Source: Rickettsia typhi (GTDB lineage: Bacteria; Pseudomonadota; Alphaproteobacteria; Rickettsiales; UBA1997). From it: 51,420 nucleotides of DNA. The stretch lies in contig CAMAWV010000004.1 in assembly GCA_945862075.1 (NCBI GenBank), positions 1 to 51,420 of the forward strand, in the 5' to 3' direction. The notes under the pieces were generated by a model. The model searched no databases, was not told the DNA's origin, and worked only from the letters and a program-made list of their open reading frames with translations. This document shows positions 30,726 to 38,613 of this stretch, one piece after another (the stretch's first letter is position 1; the number at the start of each line of letters is the position of its first letter). The position numbers and the translations under genes are program-made.

Positions 30726-32352
30726 TACCATCACTTTAGGCTTGGCACAACTAAACACTCAAGTAGGCAATATTAAACATAACAGCAATTTACTTGCTTG
30801 GCACTGCCAAAATTTTAAAACCGATTTAGTTTTGTTTCCAGAAATGGCTATTTCTGGCTATCCGTGTTACGATTTATGGCAAAAAAACTATTTTATTACA
30901 CAATGTAGCCAAGAAATCAAGCAAATATCAGCTCACTTACCAAATAACAGTCTTGCCCTACTTGGTTGCCCTTTTTGGCAAAACAACAAACTTTATAATG
31001 CAGTTGCCTTGGCTAATAACCAGCAGATTTTACAAGTTTTTGCCAAAAAAAGCTTGCCAAATCACGGAGTTTTCCAAGAAAAAAGATACTTCCAGCCAAG
31101 CAATACCTTAAACTATTTTAGCCATCAAAACTTTGATTTTGCCCTACTAATTTGCGAAGATTTTTGGGACAAAAAAAATTGGCTACTACTTGCCGAACAT
31201 CAATTTGATGCTGTTTTAGTGCTAAATTCTTCGCCCTACTCACAATCAAAACCTCAAAATCGCCAGAAATTAGCCACACAATTAGCTAAAACCCTACAAA
31301 AACCAATAATTTATCTAAACCAAGTCGGCGGACAAGATGGCTTGGTGTTTGATGGCAATTCTTTTGTGCTTGATAAATACGGTAATGTAATATTGCAAAT
31401 GGCAAATTTTATCACCGATTTTGCCACCGTAAGCCTTGATAAAACAGGCAAAATAACAGTTTTAAACCAGCAAGATCTCCCCTACACTGCCAGCAATATC
31501 GCCCAACAATACACCGCTTCAGTTTTAGGTTTGCACGATTATTTAGCAAAAAACTCGTTTCAAAAAGTTATCATCGGTATGTCTGGCGGAATTGATTCTG
31601 CTCTCGTTGCTACTATTGCCGTTGATGCTTTAGGGCCAGATTATGTGAGTTTATATGCACTACCTACCCAATTTAACTCACAGCAATCGTATCTTGATGC
31701 CAAAATGTGTGCAGAAAACTTAAAAATTAATTTAGAAACTATCAACATCGAGCCAATTTTTACACAATTTTTAAACAGCCTGCAAAATCAAAATATTTCA
31801 GCTCTTGCCACCGAAAATCTACAAGCCAGAATTCGAGGCAATGTGTTAATGGCAATTGCTAATTCTAGCGGAGCTTTATTACTTTCTACTGGCAATAAAT
31901 CCGAGCTGGCTTGCGGTTATGCTACACTTTATGGCGATATGTGTGGCGGTTTTAACCCTATCGCCGATTTTTATAAAACCACTATTTACAATCTCGCTAA
32001 TTGGCGAAACGAAAATTTATGCACTATCGGTAAGCACAACTTTTTAAATATTATTCCTGCTAATATTTTACAAAAAGAACCATCTGCCGAACTTCGCCCC
32101 AATCAAAAAGATTCTGATTCTCTTCCGCCTTATAATATTTTAGATAAAATTTTATTTGCTCTTGTTGAAGAACAAAAATCGGTAAGCGAAGTTGTTAATT
32201 TAGGCTTTGCACTTGATTTAGTAAAACAAGTAGCAACAATGCTCTATCGCAATGAATTTAAACGAAAACAAGCCACTATTGGGCTTAAAACCAGCGATAT
32301 GTGTTTTAATCTAGATTGGATTTATCCAATCAGTAACTCTTTTATTGATTAA
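30718..32352 (+). CDS. nadE: Glutamine-dependent NAD+ synthetase
   Basis: Nitrilase triad (FPE, K..LPN, ICED) plus SGGIDSA, ENLQARIRG, TGNKSE, GYATLYGD, PSAELRPNQKDSDSLP; start placed at ATG 30718. Confidence 0.96.
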   Translation: MNNTITLGLAQLNTQVGNIKHNSNLLAWHCQNFKTDLVLFPEMAISGYPCYDLWQKNYFITQCSQEIKQISAHLPNNSLALLGCPFWQNNKLYNAVALANNQQILQVFAKKSLPNHGVFQEKRYFQPSNTLNYFSHQNFDFALLICEDFWDKKNWLLLAEHQFDAVLVLNSSPYSQSKPQNRQKLATQLAKTLQKPIIYLNQVGGQDGLVFDGNSFVLDKYGNVILQMANFITDFATVSLDKTGKITVLNQQDLPYTASNIAQQYTASVLGLHDYLAKNSFQKVIIGMSGGIDSALVATIAVDALGPDYVSLYALPTQFNSQQSYLDAKMCAENLKINLETINIEPIFTQFLNSLQNQNISALATENLQARIRGNVLMAIANSSGALLLSTGNKSELACGYATLYGDMCGGFNPIADFYKTTIYNLANWRNENLCTIGKHNFLNIIPANILQKEPSAELRPNQKDSDSLPPYNILDKILFALVEEQKSVSEVVNLGFALDLVKQVATMLYRNEFKRKQATIGLKTSDMCFNLDWIYPISNSFID

Positions 32353-32390
32353 AAATAATCAGTTATGAATTTATTGTCTTGTTTAAAGAT

Positions 32391-32420
32391 GAGAAGTGGT
32401 ATAATACAGCTTCTCTTCTA
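32391..32420. terminator. Possible hairpin between convergent nadE and ORFan; contains 14-mer CAGCTTCTCTTCTA repeated at 33451-33464
   Basis: GAGAAG (32391-32396) / CTTCTC (32410-32415) stem. Confidence 0.35.
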
Positions 32421-32423
32421 AAA

Positions 32424-32633
32424 TTAAACAATCCTTCTTTCCTCTTGCATTCCATCCTCTGCTGATCCCAATACTCTTCTTAATTGTTGTGCAACAAAAT
32501 TTCGTAAAGATCTACCTCTTGTTTCATGCTCTACAACATCATGACCAGCAATATAGCTATTAGTTTCCAGCGGCGCCGCCCCCCCTAAATCTAAGACGAG
32601 GACTAGGACTAGAATAATCAAAATCACGACCAA
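32424..32633 (-). pseudogene. Probable frameshifted C-terminal part of ORFan A
   Basis: TTG start overlaps the end of ORFan A in another frame; ends 3 bp from the shared cassette 14-mer. Confidence 0.45.
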
Positions 32634-33214
32634 TCTTCTGGTGGTATATTTATTATAATATGCTGATGTTCTTCTCCTTCTTGTCGTGGTGAGAGCGGGT
32701 TTAGTTCTGATTCTGGTTCTTGTACTCGTTGTTGTCTACTAAAATAATCCAAAAACAAGCTCCAAATAGTCATATCTACATCTCTTGAATGCAACACATT
32801 TCGCGGGCTTAGTTCTGATTCTGGTTCTTGTGTTACTGGTTGTTGTCTACTAAAACAATCCAAAAACAACCTCTCTAAATATCTTCGAGGATTTAATGAA
32901 CCTTCATATAGATCATGCAATTTTTTGCAACAAAATGCAAACGCAGAACAATAAAAAAATGCCGACGACGAGTTATTTTCTATAGGTTCATGAGTCTCAT
33001 CAAGATGAGTGCTAGTAGATGATTGATAATTAACCCGATGCCTATCTGCACTTCGAGTTAAAGCCTGACCAATAACAGAAACAGCACCTCCACTATCATT
33101 GGAAAAATAGGCATCTAAAAGACCTCTTGAAAAATTTAATTGGGTAGCTAATGGCAATGGGGTAGCATGTTGAGTACTAGAAGATGGAGGGAGAAATCCT
33201 ATATAATTAGGCAT
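32624..33214 (-). CDS. ORFan A, candidate effector with internal repeat (probably frameshifted)
   Basis: 196-aa ORF; MPNYIGF start; AFAFCCKK; duplicated LFLDxFSRQQ..QEPESEL..SPR. Confidence 0.6.
   Translation of the reverse strand: MPNYIGFLPPSSSTQHATPLPLATQLNFSRGLLDAYFSNDSGGAVSVIGQALTRSADRHRVNYQSSTSTHLDETHEPIENNSSSAFFYCSAFAFCCKKLHDLYEGSLNPRRYLERLFLDCFSRQQPVTQEPESELSPRNVLHSRDVDMTIWSLFLDYFSRQQRVQEPESELNPLSPRQEGEEHQHIIINIPPEDWS
32701..32869. repeat. Imperfect ~60-bp direct repeat inside ORFan A (32701-32758 and 32809-32869)
   Basis: TTAGTTCTGATTCTGGTTCTTGT...GTTGTTGTCTACTAAAAYAATCCAAAAACAA occurs twice. Confidence 0.9.
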
Positions 33215-33261
33215 AGAAAATCAATTAATTAGTTAAATAACACTATAAAAGCACTATGATT

Positions 33262-33327
33262 TCTTTGCCACCTATGGCTATATGGCAATAATTTATAGCA
33301 ACTATGTAAAAAACACATAAAATTTAT
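33262..33327 (+). repeat. Short decayed copy of hemF 3' end / purC 5' start (native 6025-6090)
   Basis: 64/66 identical to 34975-35040; here the purC ATG is followed immediately by TAA. Confidence 0.92.
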
Positions 33328-33360
33328 AAAGTATGGTATCACAAAAAGATTCAAACATGT

Positions 33361-33447
33361 TATACTATTTTCCATTTTTACATAGCTCAATAACAAAATT
33401 ATTAAAATATAAAGTTATTTATGCATTTCAAAATGGAAAATAGCATA
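33361..33447. repeat. ~87-bp imperfect palindrome between the two ORFan units
   Basis: TATACTATTTTCCATTTT (33361-33378) vs AAAATGGAAAATAGCATA (33430-33447), 17/18 complementary; inner AATAAC/GTTATT. Confidence 0.7.
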
Positions 33448-33488
33448 AGTCAGCTTCTCTTCTATCGTGCAGAAGAAGAATGCGATGA

Positions 33489-34787
33489 TTAACGACCCGT
33501 AACTTGTTCAGCAAGCGGAACAGAACGATCCACAGCTATTACACTTAAAGGTGTCACAACAGAAGACCCAGCAGAAGGTTCAGCAGAAGGCCAAGCAGAC
33601 GAAACAGGACGACCGATAACTACTACAGGCGGCAGAACAGAGAGATCATCCTCTACAACAACTTCTCTTAGGCCAGAAGAAGAAGCAGAAGCACTATCTC
33701 CAACTCCTCTTCCGACTGGATCTAGTGCTATGGCACGTTGTGCACGCATCTTTTTTATACAACAATAACAAAAAGCAAGCAAAGCAACACCAGTAGTAGC
33801 ACCCATACCAATCGCAAAATTTCTAGCAATCATAACATCGCTACTAGTTCCATTAGAACTTAATAATGGCAGAAATTGACCATTAGTAGTGCCGGTAGTG
33901 GTAGTGCCGGTAGTGGTAGTAGTTTTATATTCCATATCAAGAAAACTCCGCAAAACTTCCTCACTATATGTACCAAGTTTTTTAGCTCCTTCTTTATCAA
34001 CTAAACACGCTCCCATTTTCCATGAGTTTAAATCAAAACTCATTACTTGACCAGTACTTGGACAAGATATGTTAATAGCATTAGGAATAGAATATTTGAT
34101 TGGATCAAACATGAGTAATCTTGGCTGATCGTTTCCTTCATAATGCACGATATTAGAAGAAGTGTTTCCTGGTATTATAACAGTCTTTTCTGTTTTTAGT
34201 TTTTCAGCCTCAACTATACGAACTTCAGATTTGTCGTTTAGCAGTATAAAACTCAATATTTTACCTTCTGGATCCATCTCACACCCAGAAATATAGTATT
34301 CTCCTTCTTTTAGGTCACATGGCCGTGGAGTTGCAAACTGATCACCGAATGATAAACTATCATCTTCAAGTACCCCCCATACTGTCCTATTAAGATCATA
34401 TAGTGATTTAAAATGTTCTGCAAAAAGACCTTGACTAGGACAAAATCCAACAGTTACATCCCTGGAACTACGTGTTAGAGGCCATGTATACCTTACACAC
34501 TTACCATCATCAGATGTGTATTCGTAATCAGGCATAAACGAGAACAAAGGAAAACCACTCCCTGTTCTTAGTGGTGGTTCTTTAGCAACAATGCATAATG
34601 TAGTACATGGATCAGTTACAGATGTAGGTCCCGCTGTAGATCCTGCTGTAGATCCTGCTGTAGGTTCTGCTGTAGGTTCTGCTGTAGTTCCTACTGTAAG
34701 TTGACTATCTTGAGGATTTGCAATAGAAGTAGGAAAACCTATAAAAGGAGGAACATTACCAGGTGTAAAATTATTATTATCAGGCAT
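33489..34787 (-). CDS. ORFan B, Cys/Thr-rich single-pass membrane protein, candidate effector
   Basis: 432 aa; Thr/Ala/Pro repeats, 8 Cys before the TM, Thr-rich stalk, TM FAIGMGATTGVALLAF then CYCCIKK, Ser/Pro-rich tail. Confidence 0.75.
   Translation of the reverse strand: MPDNNNFTPGNVPPFIGFPTSIANPQDSQLTVGTTAEPTAEPTAGSTAGSTAGPTSVTDPCTTLCIVAKEPPLRTGSGFPLFSFMPDYEYTSDDGKCVRYTWPLTRSSRDVTVGFCPSQGLFAEHFKSLYDLNRTVWGVLEDDSLSFGDQFATPRPCDLKEGEYYISGCEMDPEGKILSFILLNDKSEVRIVEAEKLKTEKTVIIPGNTSSNIVHYEGNDQPRLLMFDPIKYSIPNAINISCPSTGQVMSFDLNSWKMGACLVDKEGAKKLGTYSEEVLRSFLDMEYKTTTTTGTTTTGTTNGQFLPLLSSNGTSSDVMIARNFAIGMGATTGVALLAFCYCCIKKMRAQRAIALDPVGRGVGDSASASSSGLREVVVEDDLSVLPPVVVIGRPVSSAWPSAEPSAGSSVVTPLSVIAVDRSVPLAEQVTGR
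34621..34698. repeat. In-frame 12-bp tandem repeats (TAEP/TAGS) in ORFan B
   Basis: GCTGTAGATCCT x2, GCTGTAGGTTCT x2 plus degenerate flanking copies; a 15-bp repeat x2 also lies at 33886-33915. Confidence 0.85.
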
Positions 34788-34817
34788 AAAAAAATAAATT
34801 AATTAGTTAGTTAAATA

Positions 34818-34861
34818 GCACTATAAAAGCACTATAAAAGCACTATAAAAGCACTATAAAA
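34818..34861. repeat. 11-bp tandem repeat GCACTATAAAA x4 in the ORFan B leader
   Basis: Four perfect copies; about 1.5 copies at 33241-33257 upstream of ORFan A. Confidence 0.95.
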
Positions 34862-34863
34862 TA

Positions 34864-34891
34864 ATTATAACTCATAAATTTTATATAGCAA
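34864..34891 (-). promoter_or_regulatory. Putative sigma70 promoter of ORFan B
   Basis: Minus strand TTGCTA-16 nt-TATAAT, the same geometry as the rplU candidate promoter; absent upstream of ORFan A. Confidence 0.5.
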
Positions 34892-34942
34892 GAATTTTTA
34901 TTTAAAAAATAAATTATTTCATTATTGTAGATATACTTATTA

Positions 34943-35169
34943 TATAATATTTTACTATTTTAGCAATTTTAATGTCTTTGCCACCTATGACTATATGGCA
35001 ATAATTTATAGCAACTATGTCAAAAACACATAAAATTTATGAAGGTAAGGCAAAAATAATTTATGTCACAGAAAATTGTGAGCTATTAATACAATATTTT
35101 AAAGATTCTGCTACCACTTTTAATGGAATAAAAAAGGCTGAAATTTTTGGTAAGTTTGCTATAAATTAA
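34943..35169 (+). pseudogene. purC: Delta-hemF / purC 5' fragment (decayed duplicate of 5164-5194 joined to 6013-6204)
   Basis: 34963-35154 vs 6013-6204: 175/192 identical by manual count; 34943-34973 vs 5164-5194: 29/31. Residual ORF 35017-35169 reads MSKTHKIYEGKAKIIYVTENCELLIQYFKDSATTFNGIKKAEIFGKFAIN. Confidence 0.93.
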
Positions 35170-35214
35170 ATCTTTGCTAGCGCCCGCCCCTGTGATGTAG
35201 AGTTTTTTGGCCAT
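35155..35214 (-). pseudogene. 5' stub of a probable Sir2-like gene
   Basis: ATG 7 bp after the permease stop; reads MAKKLYITGAGASKDLIYSK and then runs into antisense purC' sequence (stop at 35086). Confidence 0.45.
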
Positions 35215-35220
35215 GGCAAG

Positions 35221-37188
35221 TTATATTTTTATAGGTAAAATAATCATGTTTAAGCCTTTCATATGGAGTTTTCGTTGCATAATGTAGGGTGTGTGGTTAA
35301 ATAACACTTGTTGCCAAGAGTTTTCTTGTTCAAAAATAAATTTTGTACCAAAAAAAATAACATTTTCGTAGTCTTTAACCACTCTATCAGTGAGTTGAGT
35401 GAGTTTTTCTATAGTGTCGGTGTCGTAGCCGATATAGGCCTTGCTAAACTTACCATAAGCATTGCAATAGTTTTTATATTTATTGATTATTTGTTTGGTT
35501 TTTCTGCGCATTTCTCGCCAAACCTTTTCTTCTTGTAAAATATTTGAGTTTAACTCACCTACGGTTACAAATAAAAAGTTTTCAAAAACATTAGGAAATA
35601 ATTTTGTGATTTGCAGTAGGCAATTCATACCGCTACCAAAGGTTTGATCAACAATAATAGCAGCAGTTGGAGCTTTTTTATTGACTGTGTCAATAAAAAT
35701 ATTTTGCGGTAAATTAGCCTGCGGATCTTCAAGAAATTTGAGTTCTTTACGTATTAAATTATGCCGAAATCGAGTGTAAGTATTACGAATAAACAAGCCA
35801 ACTGCTACAAAACAAGAGGTAATGATAATGGTTATCCAACCGCCATCATGAAATTTTTCGTAGATAGTAACCAATAAAATGCCAAAACAAACCACAAAAC
35901 CCAACAAAGAAATACTGATTTTTTTTAACCATTGGTTATTTTTATAGCGACTACGAAACCAATAAATAGTTAAGCCAAGCAAAGATAACGAAAAAGTAAT
36001 AAAAACATTAATAGAATAAAGCACCACCAAAATATGCACAGAACCGTTAGTAATAAAAATAGTGGCAATAGCTGCAATAGCCATAAAGCAAATGCCATTT
36101 TTTACCACAAGGCGGTTAGAAAGAGAACTAAAAGATTTTGGCATCCATTCGTCGGAAGCCATATTAGCAATAACATTTGGCCCCGCTAAAAAGCCAGAAT
36201 TAGCAGCAACAATTAATAACCCAGCTTCAAACATAAGCAAAACTGGCACAATGAATTTACTCATTTCTATGTCGCCAATAAGCCAATTGTTAGTAATCAT
36301 GTAAAAAGCTGTAGCATTAAGAGTTTGACCTTCTATTTTGTTAATCCCCCAAAGTAAGTAAATTAAAATAATACCAACCGCCATAAAAGCTAAAGAAATA
36401 GCTAGTAAAAACATAGTAATTTTAGCATTTTTTACTCTTGGCTCTGCTAAAGTATTAACATTATTTGAAACAGCTTCAAGACCAGTGTAAGTGCCACCGC
36501 CCATTGAAAAAGCTTTAAGAAAAATAGAAGCAATAAAAACCCACCCAGCAATTGAGGCGGTTTCTTGTATTTCGTAGTTTGCTTTAGTAAACAATACAGG
36601 CAAAGCATAGCTTCTAGCAATAATACCATGCACAACAATAAAAATATGAGTAAGAATAAAGCCTAAAAATATTGGCAATAAAAATTTAATAGATTCTTTC
36701 ATGCCTCTTAAATTTAAAAAAGCAAGTAGACCAATCAAAAAAACTGCTAAAAAAAGCTTGATAGGTTTAAATTCTGGTGGTAAAAAACTAAAAATAGCAT
36801 CGATACTACTGGCAATAGAAATAGAAATAGTCAAAACATAATCAACAATAAGTGCCGAACCAGAAACTAAACCTGCATATTTACCTAAAAGCCTAGTGGC
36901 AACACGATAGCCACCTCCACCATTAGGAAAAAGCTCAATTACCTGAGTATAGGCATAAGAAATAATAAAAACAGTAAGAGCAGTGGCGATAGCTAAATAA
37001 ATTGCCAATTCTTCATGAGCACCAAGAGCAATAAAAGCCTCTTCTGGACCATAACAAGAAGATGATATACCATCGGCACCCAAACCAACCCAAGCTAAAA
37101 AAGCCACTAAAGAAATGCTATGCCTTGATTCTTTATCAAAAAAATTTCGAGGGGCACCAAGAAGAAACTTGATTAACTTGGTAAACAT
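35221..37188 (-). CDS. APC family permease (YdaO/KimA-like)
   Basis: GADGISSSCYGPEE, FPNGGGGY, DYVLTISIS, NLRGMKES, TGLEAVSN, LYSINVF; about 12 TMs plus a soluble C-terminal domain. Confidence 0.88.
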   Translation of the reverse strand: MFTKLIKFLLGAPRNFFDKESRHSISLVAFLAWVGLGADGISSSCYGPEEAFIALGAHEELAIYLAIATALTVFIISYAYTQVIELFPNGGGGYRVATRLLGKYAGLVSGSALIVDYVLTISISIASSIDAIFSFLPPEFKPIKLFLAVFLIGLLAFLNLRGMKESIKFLLPIFLGFILTHIFIVVHGIIARSYALPVLFTKANYEIQETASIAGWVFIASIFLKAFSMGGGTYTGLEAVSNNVNTLAEPRVKNAKITMFLLAISLAFMAVGIILIYLLWGINKIEGQTLNATAFYMITNNWLIGDIEMSKFIVPVLLMFEAGLLIVAANSGFLAGPNVIANMASDEWMPKSFSSLSNRLVVKNGICFMAIAAIATIFITNGSVHILVVLYSINVFITFSLSLLGLTIYWFRSRYKNNQWLKKISISLLGFVVCFGILLVTIYEKFHDGGWITIIITSCFVAVGLFIRNTYTRFRHNLIRKELKFLEDPQANLPQNIFIDTVNKKAPTAAIIVDQTFGSGMNCLLQITKLFPNVFENFLFVTVGELNSNILQEEKVWREMRRKTKQIINKYKNYCNAYGKFSKAYIGYDTDTIEKLTQLTDRVVKDYENVIFFGTKFIFEQENSWQQVLFNHTPYIMQRKLHMKGLNMIILPIKI

Positions 37189-37190
37189 AA

Positions 37191-38207
37191 TTAAAAATTA
37201 TATAATTTTGCAATATCGAGCATTCTTACAGAAAAAGCCCATTCGTTATCGTACCAAGAACAAACTTTAACAAAATTATCACCTAAAACTTTGGTTTGAG
37301 TAGCATCAAAATTTGAACTAAAATTATTATGATTAAAATCAATCGAAACCAAAGGCTCAATAATGTAACTCATTACACCTTTTAATTGATTTTGAGCATA
37401 GTTTTGCATAATACTGTTTATTTCTTCAGTGCTAGTATTTTTACTTGAAATAAAATTTAAATCAACCATAGAAACATTAGGAGTAGGCACCCTCACCGCA
37501 ACACCATCTAGCTTACCTTTTAATTCTGGCAATACCAAACCCAAAGCTTTAGCTGCTCCAGTAGAAGTAGGAATTATAGACATCGCGCAGGCCCTAGCTC
37601 TACGTAGATCGGAGTGAGAATTATCTACAATGTTTTGATCGTTAGTATAAGCATGAATGGTAGTCATGAGACCTTTTTCTATGCCGATTTGTTGATGTAA
37701 AGCCCAAGCTATTGGAGCTAAGCAGTTAGTGGTGCAAGAACCTATAGAAATTATTAAATCTTGATTACTTAATTGTTGATGGTTAACCCCATAAACAATC
37801 GTTTTAACATTATCTTCTTTTGCTGGAGCAGAGATAATTACTCTTTTTGCTCCAGCAGTGATATGTTGGTAAGAATCTTGATATTTGGTGAAAGCACCAG
37901 TGCATTCAAAAACAATATCAATATCAAGTTTTTGCCAAGGTAATTTTTTAGGATCTCTTTCGTTAAAAAGTAGAATATTTTGTGAATTAATGCTAATTTG
38001 GTTATCAGAAATAATTTGTACTGGTATTTGAAATTTGCCATGTACAGAATCGTATTGAGTTAGATGTTGTAAAGTTTTTACCGAAGAAGAGCCATTTATA
38101 GCAACTAATTCAATATCGTTGGTAAAATTTTCTTCGTAAATAGCCCTAATAATTGCTCTACCAATTCGACCAGCTCCATTAATAGCAACTCTTTTTTTTC
38201 TAGACAT
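37191..38207 (-). CDS. gap: Type I glyceraldehyde-3-phosphate dehydrogenase
   Basis: INGAGRIGR, YDSVHG, SCTTNCLAP, PTSTGAAKA, RVPTPNVS, WYDNEW. Confidence 0.98.
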   Translation of the reverse strand: MSRKKRVAINGAGRIGRAIIRAIYEENFTNDIELVAINGSSSVKTLQHLTQYDSVHGKFQIPVQIISDNQISINSQNILLFNERDPKKLPWQKLDIDIVFECTGAFTKYQDSYQHITAGAKRVIISAPAKEDNVKTIVYGVNHQQLSNQDLIISIGSCTTNCLAPIAWALHQQIGIEKGLMTTIHAYTNDQNIVDNSHSDLRRARACAMSIIPTSTGAAKALGLVLPELKGKLDGVAVRVPTPNVSMVDLNFISSKNTSTEEINSIMQNYAQNQLKGVMSYIIEPLVSIDFNHNNFSSNFDATQTKVLGDNFVKVCSWYDNEWAFSVRMLDIAKLYNF

Positions 38208-38314
38208 AAAATAAAGATTAAATTATAGTTGACAACATTGTTTTTAATGCTGTTAAAATTTTAGCAAAATTTTAATTTTAAAAAATAAGAAGTCATTAAC
38301 TTTATTTGTATTTT

Positions 38315-38563
38315 ATGCTATTTTTTATTTATTTTTTACCGATGATATTAATTTTTTTAAGCTTAATCATTATAATCTTCTCAGGTAGTTCTGCAAAAAA
38401 AATAATAGCCATTCCGGTTATTTATGCAAGTTCTATTTTATTAATTTTCTTTTTTCTAAAAAACAATAATTTATTTGATGAGAATTTAATTAATTTTCTT
38501 GCTTCTGTAACACTAATTTTTGCTACTAGCACTATTTTTGGTTTTTATTTATCTAATAAATAG
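38315..38563 (+). CDS. Small membrane protein (weak MrpC/MnhC-like)
   Basis: Three hydrophobic segments with KKIIAI..I..SSILL; TTGACA (38229) and TGnTAAAAT (38251) upstream; start ATG 38315 or TTG 38306. Confidence 0.5.
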   Translation: MLFFIYFLPMILIFLSLIIIIFSGSSAKKIIAIPVIYASSILLIFFFLKNNNLFDENLINFLASVTLIFATSTIFGFYLSNK

Positions 38564-38613
38564 ATTTTAGCTATTTTTAGCTTAATGAAAAATGGTAATT
38601 AGAGAGAATTTTA

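Noticed and set aside
33361-33488. Integron attC site
   Set aside because: No RYYYAAC...GTTRRRY outer ends and no integron integrase in the window.
34818-34861. CRISPR array or plasmid iterons
   Set aside because: 11-bp units without spacers; no cas or rep gene in the window.
35017-35169. Functional PurC-derived mini-protein
   Set aside because: Substitutions are GC-to-AT biased and non-synonymous, and the second copy has ATG-TAA, consistent with neutral decay.
32352-35220. Replication terminus at the plus/minus convergence
   Set aside because: No dif-like 28-mer found, and by eye the + strand stays C-rich on both sides; a cumulative GC-skew plot is needed to settle it.
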